Shown piece by piece: positions 27,645 through 36,900 of a DNA stretch of 64,000 nucleotides. The stretch's first letter is position 1. Each line of letters opens with the position of its first letter. Location: NCBI GenBank assembly GCA_902800345.1, contig CADCDO010000011.1, forward strand, positions 6,084-70,083. Reading direction: 5' to 3'. Position numbers and translations under genes: made by a program. The notes below the pieces were generated by a model. That model had not been told where the DNA came from and did not search any database. It saw nothing but the letters and a program-made list of their open reading frames with translations. The DNA is from Fibrobacter succinogenes (GTDB lineage Bacteria; Fibrobacterota; Fibrobacteria; Fibrobacterales; Fibrobacteraceae).

Positions 27645-27854
27645 CTATTTCATCATTTGATAGATGTAGAGCCAACTTTCGTGCCAAAGTTTAGAAGATT
27701 CCCTGCTGAGAATTTTGCAGACTGGGGAATTGTAGTATTTCAACAGGGCATCTTGAAGAGACAGATGCTCAGTGCGGTTCAGTTCACCACAAATCTTTGC
27801 AATCTTCCCAGGAATGAACAAATGAACATTCTCTTGTGTTACCTGCCGATTCAT
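27645..27854 (-). CDS. Small helical protein, DUF3791-like (third gene of the DUF3990 module)
   Basis: 69 aa. Its start codon overlaps the stop of the DUF3990 gene (TGATG). The family call is tentative, based on size, position and a helical LxxxL/W-rich pattern. Confidence 0.4.
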   Translation of the reverse strand: MNRQVTQENVHLFIPGKIAKICGELNRTEHLSLQDALLKYYNSPVCKILSRESSKLWHESWLYIYQMMK

Positions 27855-28342
27855 CAGCGAACCTCCTCGCTTTTTACAAAATTGAGAAACGCAAGGGAAC
27901 GTTCCGTATGAAAACAGAACTGGTTTACAAACTTCCAGGCTCTTAGTTCTTCAAGCAACTGAGGCCTTGAAAGAAAGCCCTGCTCGTAAAGATTAATACT
28001 GGCATAGACACTATCGTTTGCAACAGCTCCCTTTACAATGTCGTATTCGTACTTGAAATTCGCGTCTTGGCGATTAGCAATGACAAAGTCAAGCCATTCG
28101 TCATCGGCTCTTTCGAACACCTTGCTGTTGAGCGAAGAACTGGACAAATCCTGTTCATCAAATTCAAATTCCGAGACTACAGCCATTTCATACCCAAAAC
28201 GATCTTTTTTGATTAGCGACCAATCCTTAGCTTGTTTAAAACTAGATGTCGCATAGAATCCTTGGCCAAAGTCCATCGCTCGCGTAGGTTTCAAAATTTT
28301 CGGTTCGGAAACAGTTGTGAAGCCGCCATGATAGAGAATCAT
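27854..28342 (-). CDS. DUF3990-domain protein
   Basis: 162 aa. MILYHGG...DFGQGFYATS...DEWLDFVIANR...YDIVKGAVANDSV...NLY..G.....L..L......NQFCFHTE matches my memory of the DUF3990 consensus. It has TGATG overlaps with both flanking small genes. Confidence 0.7.
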   Translation of the reverse strand: MILYHGGFTTVSEPKILKPTRAMDFGQGFYATSSFKQAKDWSLIKKDRFGYEMAVVSEFEFDEQDLSSSSLNSKVFERADDEWLDFVIANRQDANFKYEYDIVKGAVANDSVYASINLYEQGFLSRPQLLEELRAWKFVNQFCFHTERSLAFLNFVKSEEVR

Positions 28343-28551
28343 CAGTCCCCCTTTTTCATCAAATCGTCAAGCGTCCCGAGGATGTAGTCTTTCCCCTGCG
28401 TGTGCAGAACTTCGTAATGCTTTTCCAAAAAAGAGATAATCCCCTTTTGAGCAAAGGAGTTCGCTATAGTCGTAGGATCCATCCGATAAAAAGCGGAATA
28501 TTCCTCGATACACCAGGATGCGAATGCAGCTATTTTTTCGAACTCAGACAT
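28342..28551 (-). CDS. DUF3791-domain protein
   Basis: 69 aa. FASWCIEEYSAFYRMDP....F...G...FL.KHYEVLHTQG matches the DUF3791 pattern usually paired with DUF3990. Confidence 0.6.
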   Translation of the reverse strand: MSEFEKIAAFASWCIEEYSAFYRMDPTTIANSFAQKGIISFLEKHYEVLHTQGKDYILGTLDDLMKKGD

Positions 28552-28610
28552 ATGGAATCAATAAACCTTTTCCTTAATATACATTTTTCGAACAGGTCTT
28601 CAAAATCACA

Positions 28611-28735
28611 TAAATTCCCCAAAGTGATGTTTTTTCGCGATTTGGGAAAATATACGCATAAAACTACGGATAATCTCCCAAATCTCTGAATTTTGACAAG
28701 ATTTGAGAGATTATACAACTTTTAGAGAATTGTAG
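28611..28735. repeat. Iteron-rich intergenic module, copy A (upstream of the DUF3791/DUF3990 operon)
   Basis: My hand alignment to 41741..41868 gives roughly three-quarters identity over about 125 bp. It starts TAA(A)TTCCCC(A)AAAGTGAT(G/A)TTTTTT. It contains 4 copies, in both orientations, of a motif of about 16 bp, GATTT(G/T)(G/A)G(G/A)(A/G)A(A/T)(A/T)TAT. Confidence 0.75.
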
Positions 28736-28750
28736 TGAGGTTTTTAGCAC

Positions 28751-28795
28751 ATTTAGAGAGTTATACCGCAAAAAAGTGCTTATAACTCTCTAAAT
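28751..28795. repeat. Perfect 15-bp inverted repeat of the iteron motif
   Basis: ATTTAGAGAGTTATA (28751-28765) and TATAACTCTCTAAAT (28781-28795) are separated by 15 nt. A further direct copy, ATTTTGAGAATTATA, lies at 28813-28827. Confidence 0.85.
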
Positions 28796-28973
28796 CTCAT
28801 ATTTTTTAGCACATTTTGAGAATTATAGAGAGGTTTTTGTCGAATAGCGTTTTTTTTCGAGGGAAACCCGGTAGTGTAAAGGAAACCGTTTTAATCGATT
28901 CTAGAAGGATACCCTATACAACCTTCGGCTTATAGCTTACGGGGGTATGATTCCTAATACGAAAGAAACTTTT

Positions 28974-31900
28974 TTACATCTTTTCAAATTCAACGCCAAG
29001 CAATGGAACCCAGATAGCCTGACCAAATTCATCTTCCCATTTACAAACTTGGATTAATTTAGCTGTTTTCGGCTTATAGAAATTTTTCTGGAGATTCCTG
29101 AGATAATCTTTTTCAAATTTATTAGAAAATTTGGTAACGTACCGCCCATTAAAGTACGTGTTGTAGCATTGAAATTCTTGATTAAATTTAATCTCAATTA
29201 CAGTTCCCAATGGAATGGATGCAAATTTCTCTTGTAAATATCGTGTCCGACTTTTATTCTTTTCATTTACAAGCATATATTTGAAGACCAAATCATCTAA
29301 GCCGGTTTCAACGTGTACTATCTTAGGTACACTATATTCTTTAAGTCTGCCCATATTTTTAAAATTCTTAATCCAAGAACTCGGAAGATTCGCCTCAGTT
29401 CCTAATACTGTAAGGGTTTTCTTGGCACGCGTTGCAGCAACATAGAGTAATCTGAATTGTTCCTGAGTTTCAGGAATCCATTCACCAAGATTTAATATAA
29501 CGTGATCCCATTCAAGTCCTTTTGAACTATGCATTGTACCAACATTAACCTGCAAATTTCCTTTTTTATTTAGGTCAGCATAAGAGACTTCGTTTAGGTA
29601 TTGTTCAAAATCACTTAAAACAACTTCGTCTTCACCATCTATAAAGTCGTTGATTACAGCATCTAACAATTCAAAGGAACTTTCGCCTTCATAGTCTTTC
29701 TTATACTTTTCTGCAATTTGTTTGAACAGCTCTATAGTCCAAGATCTCTTTGCAATATCTTTATCCGCTTCTACAATTGTTTTGAAACCAACAATTTCAC
29801 GAACTGATTCCACAGGACATTTTTCTAGATCCTGGCTTTTTATGACACGACAATCTACTCCTAATTCTTCTAATTTTGCTGCCGCCAAAAACACTTCTGA
29901 ATTTTCTGGACTTAGAATGCAAGCGGAACCATTATCTAATTTACATTTCTCAACCAAAATTTCAGCAGCGGCAAACGCACCTCGCGTTCTATCGTATTCT
30001 TCAAAGAATTCAAGTTTTCCAAGTTCAGGATTAACAGCAACTTGTTTCTTGCCATCTTTAACTCGATAATTTAGACAGCTCAATATTTCTTCATTTGCTC
30101 GAACAAGATTTACCGCAGAACGATAATTATTCGTTAAATAGAATTCTTTCGTATTGGAAAATTCCGATGAAAATTTTCTAAAAAATTCAGAGGAACTTCC
30201 TCGAAATTCAAAAATACTTTGGTCATCATCCCCAACAACTATCAATCTCGGAGGTTTATCTCCATACCTATAGAGGGCTTTTAACATTTTGTATTCCGAA
30301 CTAGAAAGGTCTTGAAATTCATCAACAAGAATAACGCCTAGTGAACCAATTCCAACATCTTCGCCAGATTCAACGACCTCTGCGGCTTTATTAATAATTT
30401 CTTCGCCTTTTTGCGCATTGCCCGTCTTCTTAAAATCCTTCTTAGAGCCCTGAATTCCTAGAATTGAAAAAGCCAAGGCATGGAAAGTTGTGATAGTAAC
30501 ACCATGGGCCAACCCCTTTGCCAAATCATTTAATCGCTTGCGAAGTTCTCGACAAGCTGAACGTGTAAAAGTCAATATCAACAAAGAATTGGGTTGAATT
30601 TCTTCCAACCACAACAAAGACGCGGCCTTATGTACAAGCATGTGTGTTTTGCCAGACCCTGGTCCAGCGCCAACTAAAATATGTCTCGCATTACTTTTGA
30701 TAATTGCTTTCTGTTCTTTATTAACCGCGTTTATACGTTCACGCAAATTTATGGAAACGGCACCCTTTTCATCGGGAGACATCATGTATTTTTGACGGAA
30801 TTGATTAATATTCAACGTAAAATAGTCATTCAGCAATTCTTGTGCGGCTTCTTTATTGTTAAGCATCATTTGGGCATACCTGCCGACAATATGAATCGCT
30901 TCAGCCTTGTTTTCATAAAAGTCGTGGAGTTTCTGAAAATCTTGTTCACTAAATGGTTTTGTCCTATTTTCAGGACTTATATCCAAAACAAGCCCAGTAT
31001 AGAATACCATCAATCCATTTTCTAGACTAATGGCTCCAATCAAATGCAAGAAGAGTAAAGCAAATTCAAATTGCGCTTGCCTTGCAAGGTCTTCAATGTC
31101 GTCTTCCCCATAGATTCTCAAGATGAGATTGTCTATAGAGAACCAAACAGTATCATTAAGAGTATCATCTTTCTTTTTTCCCTGCTCTTTTTGTATAACA
31201 AGCAGAGTATCGATAATCCGTTCAAAACATTCCCAGTTATCAACAAGATTCTTACGGACAATATCAAGTTCTTTTAGAAATTCAATTTGATATCGCTGAT
31301 GACCTGCCTCTATTAAATGAATTTCTGCAATACTTTCATGAGCCCAATAACGAAGAATACCTCGCAAAATTTGCAGACATTTTCTTGTTTCAGTTCCAGA
31401 TTCAGATTCACCTCGAGCAGCATTGACTTTCGTCAAATTCAGCAAAAACGGCTCATTGATACAATGACCCTCACAACTTTTTAACAGAATTTCTTGTAAA
31501 CCCTTCGCCCGTTCCAGCATTCGTTTGCAATTAAAGGTCCCCAAGCGTTGAATCTTTGCACTCCAATCATTTCGTTGGTCTAAAAGACGTTTGCTACGAA
31601 GCAGCCGTAAAGCCTCATTTGCATCTTTTCGTTCAATGCCCAAATTGACTGTAATATCATCAAGAGCACATTCAGGATTCTTTGTCCATCTTTTAGTGAT
31701 AATATGTCGCATGATTCTAAATGCGATGTTTTCAATCGTATTTGTCTTATCAATGTTTGGACTATCTAAAATGTACCGAATCTGTGAAACAGTTTCTATG
31801 GCAATTGAGGAACCAAATACTTGTGTTTGATTCCGTTTTCTTTTCAAAAAGCCTTGATCTTCCAAAAGCATAATGGCGTGCTTAACTTTTGTTTCTAGCG

Positions 31901-33908
31901 CTCCTATATTTTCGTTTTGCTCAGTCCAACCGCATTTATCTGCAATTTCCAAAGCAGACATCACAAGCCGTTCACGTTTCTCGCTTTGCTTCATTAATAC
32001 ACGCCAAATGTCACCAATTTCTTTTTCAGATAATTTTGATTGCTGCAAAAGTTGAAAATTGGTATCCAAATCTTTTGAATTGTACAGGGCAACACAAAAA
32101 GCCTGCATATCCGGGTTTCTACCCGCACGACCAGCCTCTTGCACATAGTTTTCTAATGTACTTGAAATTTCGTAATGAGCGACTAATTTGACATTGTTTT
32201 TGTCAACCCCCATTCCAAATGCTGTGGTAGCGACAATCGTATCAATGTTTCCATCAGTTTTTTGAAATTCTTCCTGAACATCTATTTTAATATCAGCATC
32301 CATTTGACCATTATAACAACCGCTTTTGAAACCATACTCTTTTAAACTCTCTGCTAATTTTTCGGTTGTTTTAACTGTAGTTGCATAAACTATTTTAGGT
32401 CCATCATACAACTTCAATAAATTAACAAGTTCTTTTCCACGTTCATGTTTATCTCTAGATGCAGGTATAACAGAATATTCCAAATTTTTTCTTGTTGCAG
32501 AGCTAACAATCTTTACCAAATCGAGATTCATTCTTTTCTTAAAATATCCACAAATATCATCAACGACATCCTGTTTTGCTGTTGCCGTAAAACAACTGAT
32601 TGGAATAGATGATTCCAAACGCTTTTCTTTTTCGAGATCCTTGATAAAATCGGCAAGATAAAGATAATCAACTCGGAAATCTTGTCCCCAAGCACTAAAA
32701 CAATGCGCTTCGTCTATAACAAATCGTTCTATACGGCGTTGTTTTAGCAACTTAAATATCGTATTGGAACGAAGAGCCTCGGGCGAAATATAAAGAATGT
32801 CTTTTTCATTATCAAGAATTGCCCTAATTGTATTTTTTCGCTCTAATGGAGAAATTTGTGAGTATATACACGCGGCACGATCTATTCCAAAACGCTTTGT
32901 CAACACATCCACTTGGTCTTTCATCAAAGCCACAATCGGCGAAATCACAACCGTCAGTGCACCAATTTGGCTACCAGCAATCAAAGCTGGCAATTGAAAA
33001 GTCATTGACTTTCCACCGCCAGTCGGGAAAACCGCTAAAAGAGAATCTCCTCGCATTGCTGTTTCAACAACGCGCTGTTGTAAGGGAATTATTTCATCTT
33101 TCTCAAAAGAACGGAAAGCATCAAATCTAAACCATTTCTTTAATTGCTTTGTTGAACTTAGCTGTTCTGAGCAATATAGACATTGAAAATTGCCGCAAGG
33201 AACAAGACGACGATGATGCAAAATACTTTCAAGATGTGGGTACTGGTAGCGAACCCAATGGGGAACAAAATCACTAATTCCATCCTCATAGAATAGCGTT
33301 AAGAGGAAACTCCATTCTATAGGAGACTCCTTTATCTCATCACGACAATTTGTCAAACATAGTTTCGACTTATAATTCTCATAAAGCCAAACAAACACTT
33401 CCTTACGTTTTTCTTTAACCTCAGGCTGAGCAAAATCGCCAACTATTTCAAAGAATGGAGCAAAACCCGGTTTATCGTACAACAAACAATACAACAGTAA
33501 TCGCAATTGCCATGGAAAGGTTTTCCATTTTTCAACACAGGCTTCCAACAAGTCCTTGCATAGATCCGCATCTTTGAGAGAGTTTGAAGGATCATTTTCA
33601 TCACGCAGATATTCCTTGCGTAACTTATGATAGGGTTCACGAGGAAATATAAGTGGTGATAATCTTAATGTATCTAGAACCTTGATGCTTGGGAAATCGA
33701 TTGAAAAGTATTGTTTGATGATTGGAACATCATGTTGTAAAGCGTTGTGCCCCACAATAAATTTCGCTTTTGATGCAGCATCTTCTAATTTTGCGGGATT
33801 TTTCTCACGAGCACGATCCTCACCTAGAATATAGCCGTATTCCCGAACAATTTCCGTTCCAGGATTATACTCCAAATCAAAAAATAAAAAATCGTGCAAA
33901 TTATCCAT
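28974..33908 (-). CDS. 1644-aa triple fusion: DEDD (DnaQ-like) 3'-5' exonuclease + RecQ-type SF2 helicase + UvrD/Rep-type SF1 helicase
   Basis: - Exonuclease region (about aa 8-130): FFDLEYNP and IVGHNALQHDVPII.
- RecQ core (about aa 270-620): FPTGGGKSMTFQLPAL (Walker A at nt 33002-33032), ISPIVALMKDQ, VIDEAHCFSAWGQDFRVDY and QEAGRAGRN.
- UvrD core (about aa 1060-1580): LVGAGPGSGKTH (nt 30661-30683), ILTFTRSA, ILVDEFQDLS, VVGDDDQSIFEFRGS, TNNYRS, GTMHSSKGLEWDHVIL and LLYVAATRAKKTL. Confidence 0.85.
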   Translation of the reverse strand: MDNLHDFLFFDLEYNPGTEIVREYGYILGEDRAREKNPAKLEDAASKAKFIVGHNALQHDVPIIKQYFSIDFPSIKVLDTLRLSPLIFPREPYHKLRKEYLRDENDPSNSLKDADLCKDLLEACVEKWKTFPWQLRLLLYCLLYDKPGFAPFFEIVGDFAQPEVKEKRKEVFVWLYENYKSKLCLTNCRDEIKESPIEWSFLLTLFYEDGISDFVPHWVRYQYPHLESILHHRRLVPCGNFQCLYCSEQLSSTKQLKKWFRFDAFRSFEKDEIIPLQQRVVETAMRGDSLLAVFPTGGGKSMTFQLPALIAGSQIGALTVVISPIVALMKDQVDVLTKRFGIDRAACIYSQISPLERKNTIRAILDNEKDILYISPEALRSNTIFKLLKQRRIERFVIDEAHCFSAWGQDFRVDYLYLADFIKDLEKEKRLESSIPISCFTATAKQDVVDDICGYFKKRMNLDLVKIVSSATRKNLEYSVIPASRDKHERGKELVNLLKLYDGPKIVYATTVKTTEKLAESLKEYGFKSGCYNGQMDADIKIDVQEEFQKTDGNIDTIVATTAFGMGVDKNNVKLVAHYEISSTLENYVQEAGRAGRNPDMQAFCVALYNSKDLDTNFQLLQQSKLSEKEIGDIWRVLMKQSEKRERLVMSALEIADKCGWTEQNENIGALETKVKHAIMLLEDQGFLKRKRNQTQVFGSSIAIETVSQIRYILDSPNIDKTNTIENIAFRIMRHIITKRWTKNPECALDDITVNLGIERKDANEALRLLRSKRLLDQRNDWSAKIQRLGTFNCKRMLERAKGLQEILLKSCEGHCINEPFLLNLTKVNAARGESESGTETRKCLQILRGILRYWAHESIAEIHLIEAGHQRYQIEFLKELDIVRKNLVDNWECFERIIDTLLVIQKEQGKKKDDTLNDTVWFSIDNLILRIYGEDDIEDLARQAQFEFALLFLHLIGAISLENGLMVFYTGLVLDISPENRTKPFSEQDFQKLHDFYENKAEAIHIVGRYAQMMLNNKEAAQELLNDYFTLNINQFRQKYMMSPDEKGAVSINLRERINAVNKEQKAIIKSNARHILVGAGPGSGKTHMLVHKAASLLWLEEIQPNSLLILTFTRSACRELRKRLNDLAKGLAHGVTITTFHALAFSILGIQGSKKDFKKTGNAQKGEEIINKAAEVVESGEDVGIGSLGVILVDEFQDLSSSEYKMLKALYRYGDKPPRLIVVGDDDQSIFEFRGSSSEFFRKFSSEFSNTKEFYLTNNYRSAVNLVRANEEILSCLNYRVKDGKKQVAVNPELGKLEFFEEYDRTRGAFAAAEILVEKCKLDNGSACILSPENSEVFLAAAKLEELGVDCRVIKSQDLEKCPVESVREIVGFKTIVEADKDIAKRSWTIELFKQIAEKYKKDYEGESSFELLDAVINDFIDGEDEVVLSDFEQYLNEVSYADLNKKGNLQVNVGTMHSSKGLEWDHVILNLGEWIPETQEQFRLLYVAATRAKKTLTVLGTEANLPSSWIKNFKNMGRLKEYSVPKIVHVETGLDDLVFKYMLVNEKNKSRTRYLQEKFASIPLGTVIEIKFNQEFQCYNTYFNGRYVTKFSNKFEKDYLRNLQKNFYKPKTAKLIQVCKWEDEFGQAIWVPLLGVEFEKM

Positions 33909-33972
33909 ACTTTACAAATATATAAGAAAAAATTTCAAAACAAACCTCGCACGAAAAAACAATCCACTTCAA

Positions 33973-36900
33973 TCAGTTGCTAAACTCATTCCAAATGAAC
34001 TTTTCCTTATATTCGCAAGCAGGATAATTAGAACATCCCACAAAATAATGGCCATTATAGCCTTTTCGTTTTATAAGGAACCCTCCACAATTAGGACATA
34101 TTTTAGGACTTGACAAAATAGTCACGTCTCTTTGCGCATACCGACACCGCGGAAAATTAGAACACCCCACAAAAGATTTACCATCATGTTCAACTTTCAG
34201 CAAGTCTCCCGTTTTACAAAGAGGACATTTCGTCTGTTTTCCACTTGTTCTTCTCCTCGTTGATTTGAAGAATACAGATGTAGATTCTGAAAATTCCTTG
34301 AAAAATGGCGATGGATTCTTGTTGTCCACAAGGACATATGTTCTATTTTTTGTTCGGGTAATAGCAACATAAAATAAACGACGTTCTTCCGCAAATCTGT
34401 AGTCTTCTGCATTTGTAAGAACAAAATTCAAAACAGGATCATCAATTATCTGATTCGGGAAACCAAGTTTGTCATTTCTAAAATTCAGAAGAATAACATT
34501 ATCTGCTTCCAATCCTTTTGATTTGTGAACGGAAAGGAATTGTATTGGCAACATCGGATTTTGAATGTACTCTAGTGCTTCAGTACCATTCTTCCGAATT
34601 TCTCGGAATAAGCCGGTATCTTTTGCAATTTCTATATCGTAATTTGTTCTCCCTAAAAGTAAAATGGACGAATTCGTTCCATAATCCAAAGCGATTTTAT
34701 TGATTATCGCTTGCAAAGCGTTTCTCGGATTGTCATCGAAGCCCCAAAAAACAAGAGGATAATCTAGCTTTTTATCGGAGCGTAAACATTTCTTGAGCTG
34801 AAGTGGATTTTGCAAAACAAAACGCGAAGCTTCATCGATTAACTTTTGCGAATTACGATAAGTTTTCTCAATTTTCAATATTTTCGTTTTTCCAAAATAC
34901 TTTGCAATATCAGTAAATAACGAAATATCGCTACCAGCAAACCTATATATGGATTGCCAGTCATCCCCTACACAGAATAACTTCGCTTTTGTTTTATCGA
35001 CAATAGCCTTTAACAGATTAAATCTAGCCTTCGAGATATCCTGGTATTCATCAACAATCACATATTTATACACAGGAATCTCGCAACCAGCATTAACCTT
35101 CTCTGTTGCATTGTTTATCATATCCGAAAAGTCTATTGAATTATTAGCTATTAAGTGTTTTTGATATTCTTCCAATATCACTCTTATTATATTCAAAAAA
35201 GTGTTGTTTCTTCTTTGCAAGAAACTGTTATTTTCTAACGAAAGCCAATCTTTCCAATTATCAATCGTTCCTATTGTATAATTATTAGACTTAAAAAGCA
35301 CAATAAAAGTTCCGCACAATTTTACAAATTCAGAGAAATACTTATTCGTCTTGGTTGCGTAAACAGTATTGAAAATATCCATGAAATTTCTTGATTTCAG
35401 AACAACCCCATTTTGTTTTAGAAGTTCTTCAAGTTTTTGCAGGAGAACACCTTCTGAATTGTAGTATGAATAAGTTTCAATCAACTTAGTTTTATTCTGC
35501 TTATGAAAATCTCTTTTCCATTCAATTCCTTCTAAATATTTTTGAGCTTCAACAAGAGAAAGCCACGGAACCGTATAATCTCTTGTTATTCCAAAATGTT
35601 CTAAATAAATATCATAATCTTTCAAATAAAAATCCGGCCTATATGCTTTTCGCAAGGGATCCTGACTTTCGAAAGGATAGATTTTTTCATATTCGTAATT
35701 TACGCCATTTAAAAAAAGAAAATTTGCAATCTGAACTTCTTGAAGACTTTTTACTTTTTCATTTTTAAGCGTTGTATGATCCTGCGCTTTCTTTATTTTT
35801 TCTTCATGTATATATTTTTCTTGATCATATTTTGATTTAAGAGTTTCTAAATCTACGCTTTTTTCAGCCTCATACATTTCACCCAACGAAGAACATTCTT
35901 CCATATTTTGCGGGATATCGATATAATACGCAAAGTATTCAATTATATTTTTCACTAAATCAGGATAATTTACAAGTTCCTTTTCAAAAAAAACATGTAT
36001 AAATTTATTAAAGAGAGATTCATCAAGAACCTCAGGCCTTTTCCCATCAGCACTTTTGATTATATCAAGACCTAACTTGTGAAAAGTAGTCGAGTTAACA
36101 GGAATTCCCAACTTTCCCTGAATTCTATCGGTCATTTCTTGAGCAGATTTTTTCGTAAACGAAATAAGAAGTATTTCCTCTGGATTTATATTCTTGACAT
36201 CGCAAAGATACTTAACCTTGCCTGCAATCGTTAGTGTTTTTCCGCTACCCGCTCCGGCAAGAACAAGGATTCTATCTTCATCGGTTATGACAGCTTCTCT
36301 TTGTTGCAGATCCAAAGACTTACCATCTATATCAGAAAACAAAGAATCATATTTTTGTGATTCTTGTGCAATAAATAATTTATTCGCATTTTCCAAATAA
36401 TTGGAAAATTTCTTATAAGTCGTTTCAAAAAGATTTATTTTTCTATATTCATCATCATTCGTTTTTAAATTACAAGTTGCAACATCTTGAGACAATTTTT
36501 TCCATTTCAGATGAAATATTTCACCATCAGCATCCGTAACATAATAACTCGTCAGCACACGTAGTTCTTCAAAAAAAATGTTCACAAATTGCAAAAGCAG
36601 CTTGAGTTGTTCCTTACGCCTAATCTCTGCATTTGATTCTAAAACAAGCCTTGGGAAATCTTCGTATTTTCTTCTAAATTCTTCTAATATTACAAAAGTT
36701 TTTACTTTTGAAGAAATACGACTGTACTTTAGCAATTCAAAATACAAAGCCTGATATTTTAGAATGAACGTATCTCTTTCGGTATCTTGGATATAGTGTT
36801 TAAACAATCCGTCAAATTCAATTAAAAATGATTCTACTTCGATTAAGAGCTCTTTGCATTTGATTTCCACATTTGATTCTATAACGAGCCTCGGAAAATC

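Noticed and set aside
27560-28970. A Tn7-like transposon inserted at the glmS-downstream attachment site.
   Set aside because: No TnsA/B/C/D/E-like, integrase or transposase ORF exists anywhere in the 14-kb island. I also could not see Tn7-type multi-copy 22-bp end repeats. I kept only the 'hotspot' interpretation.
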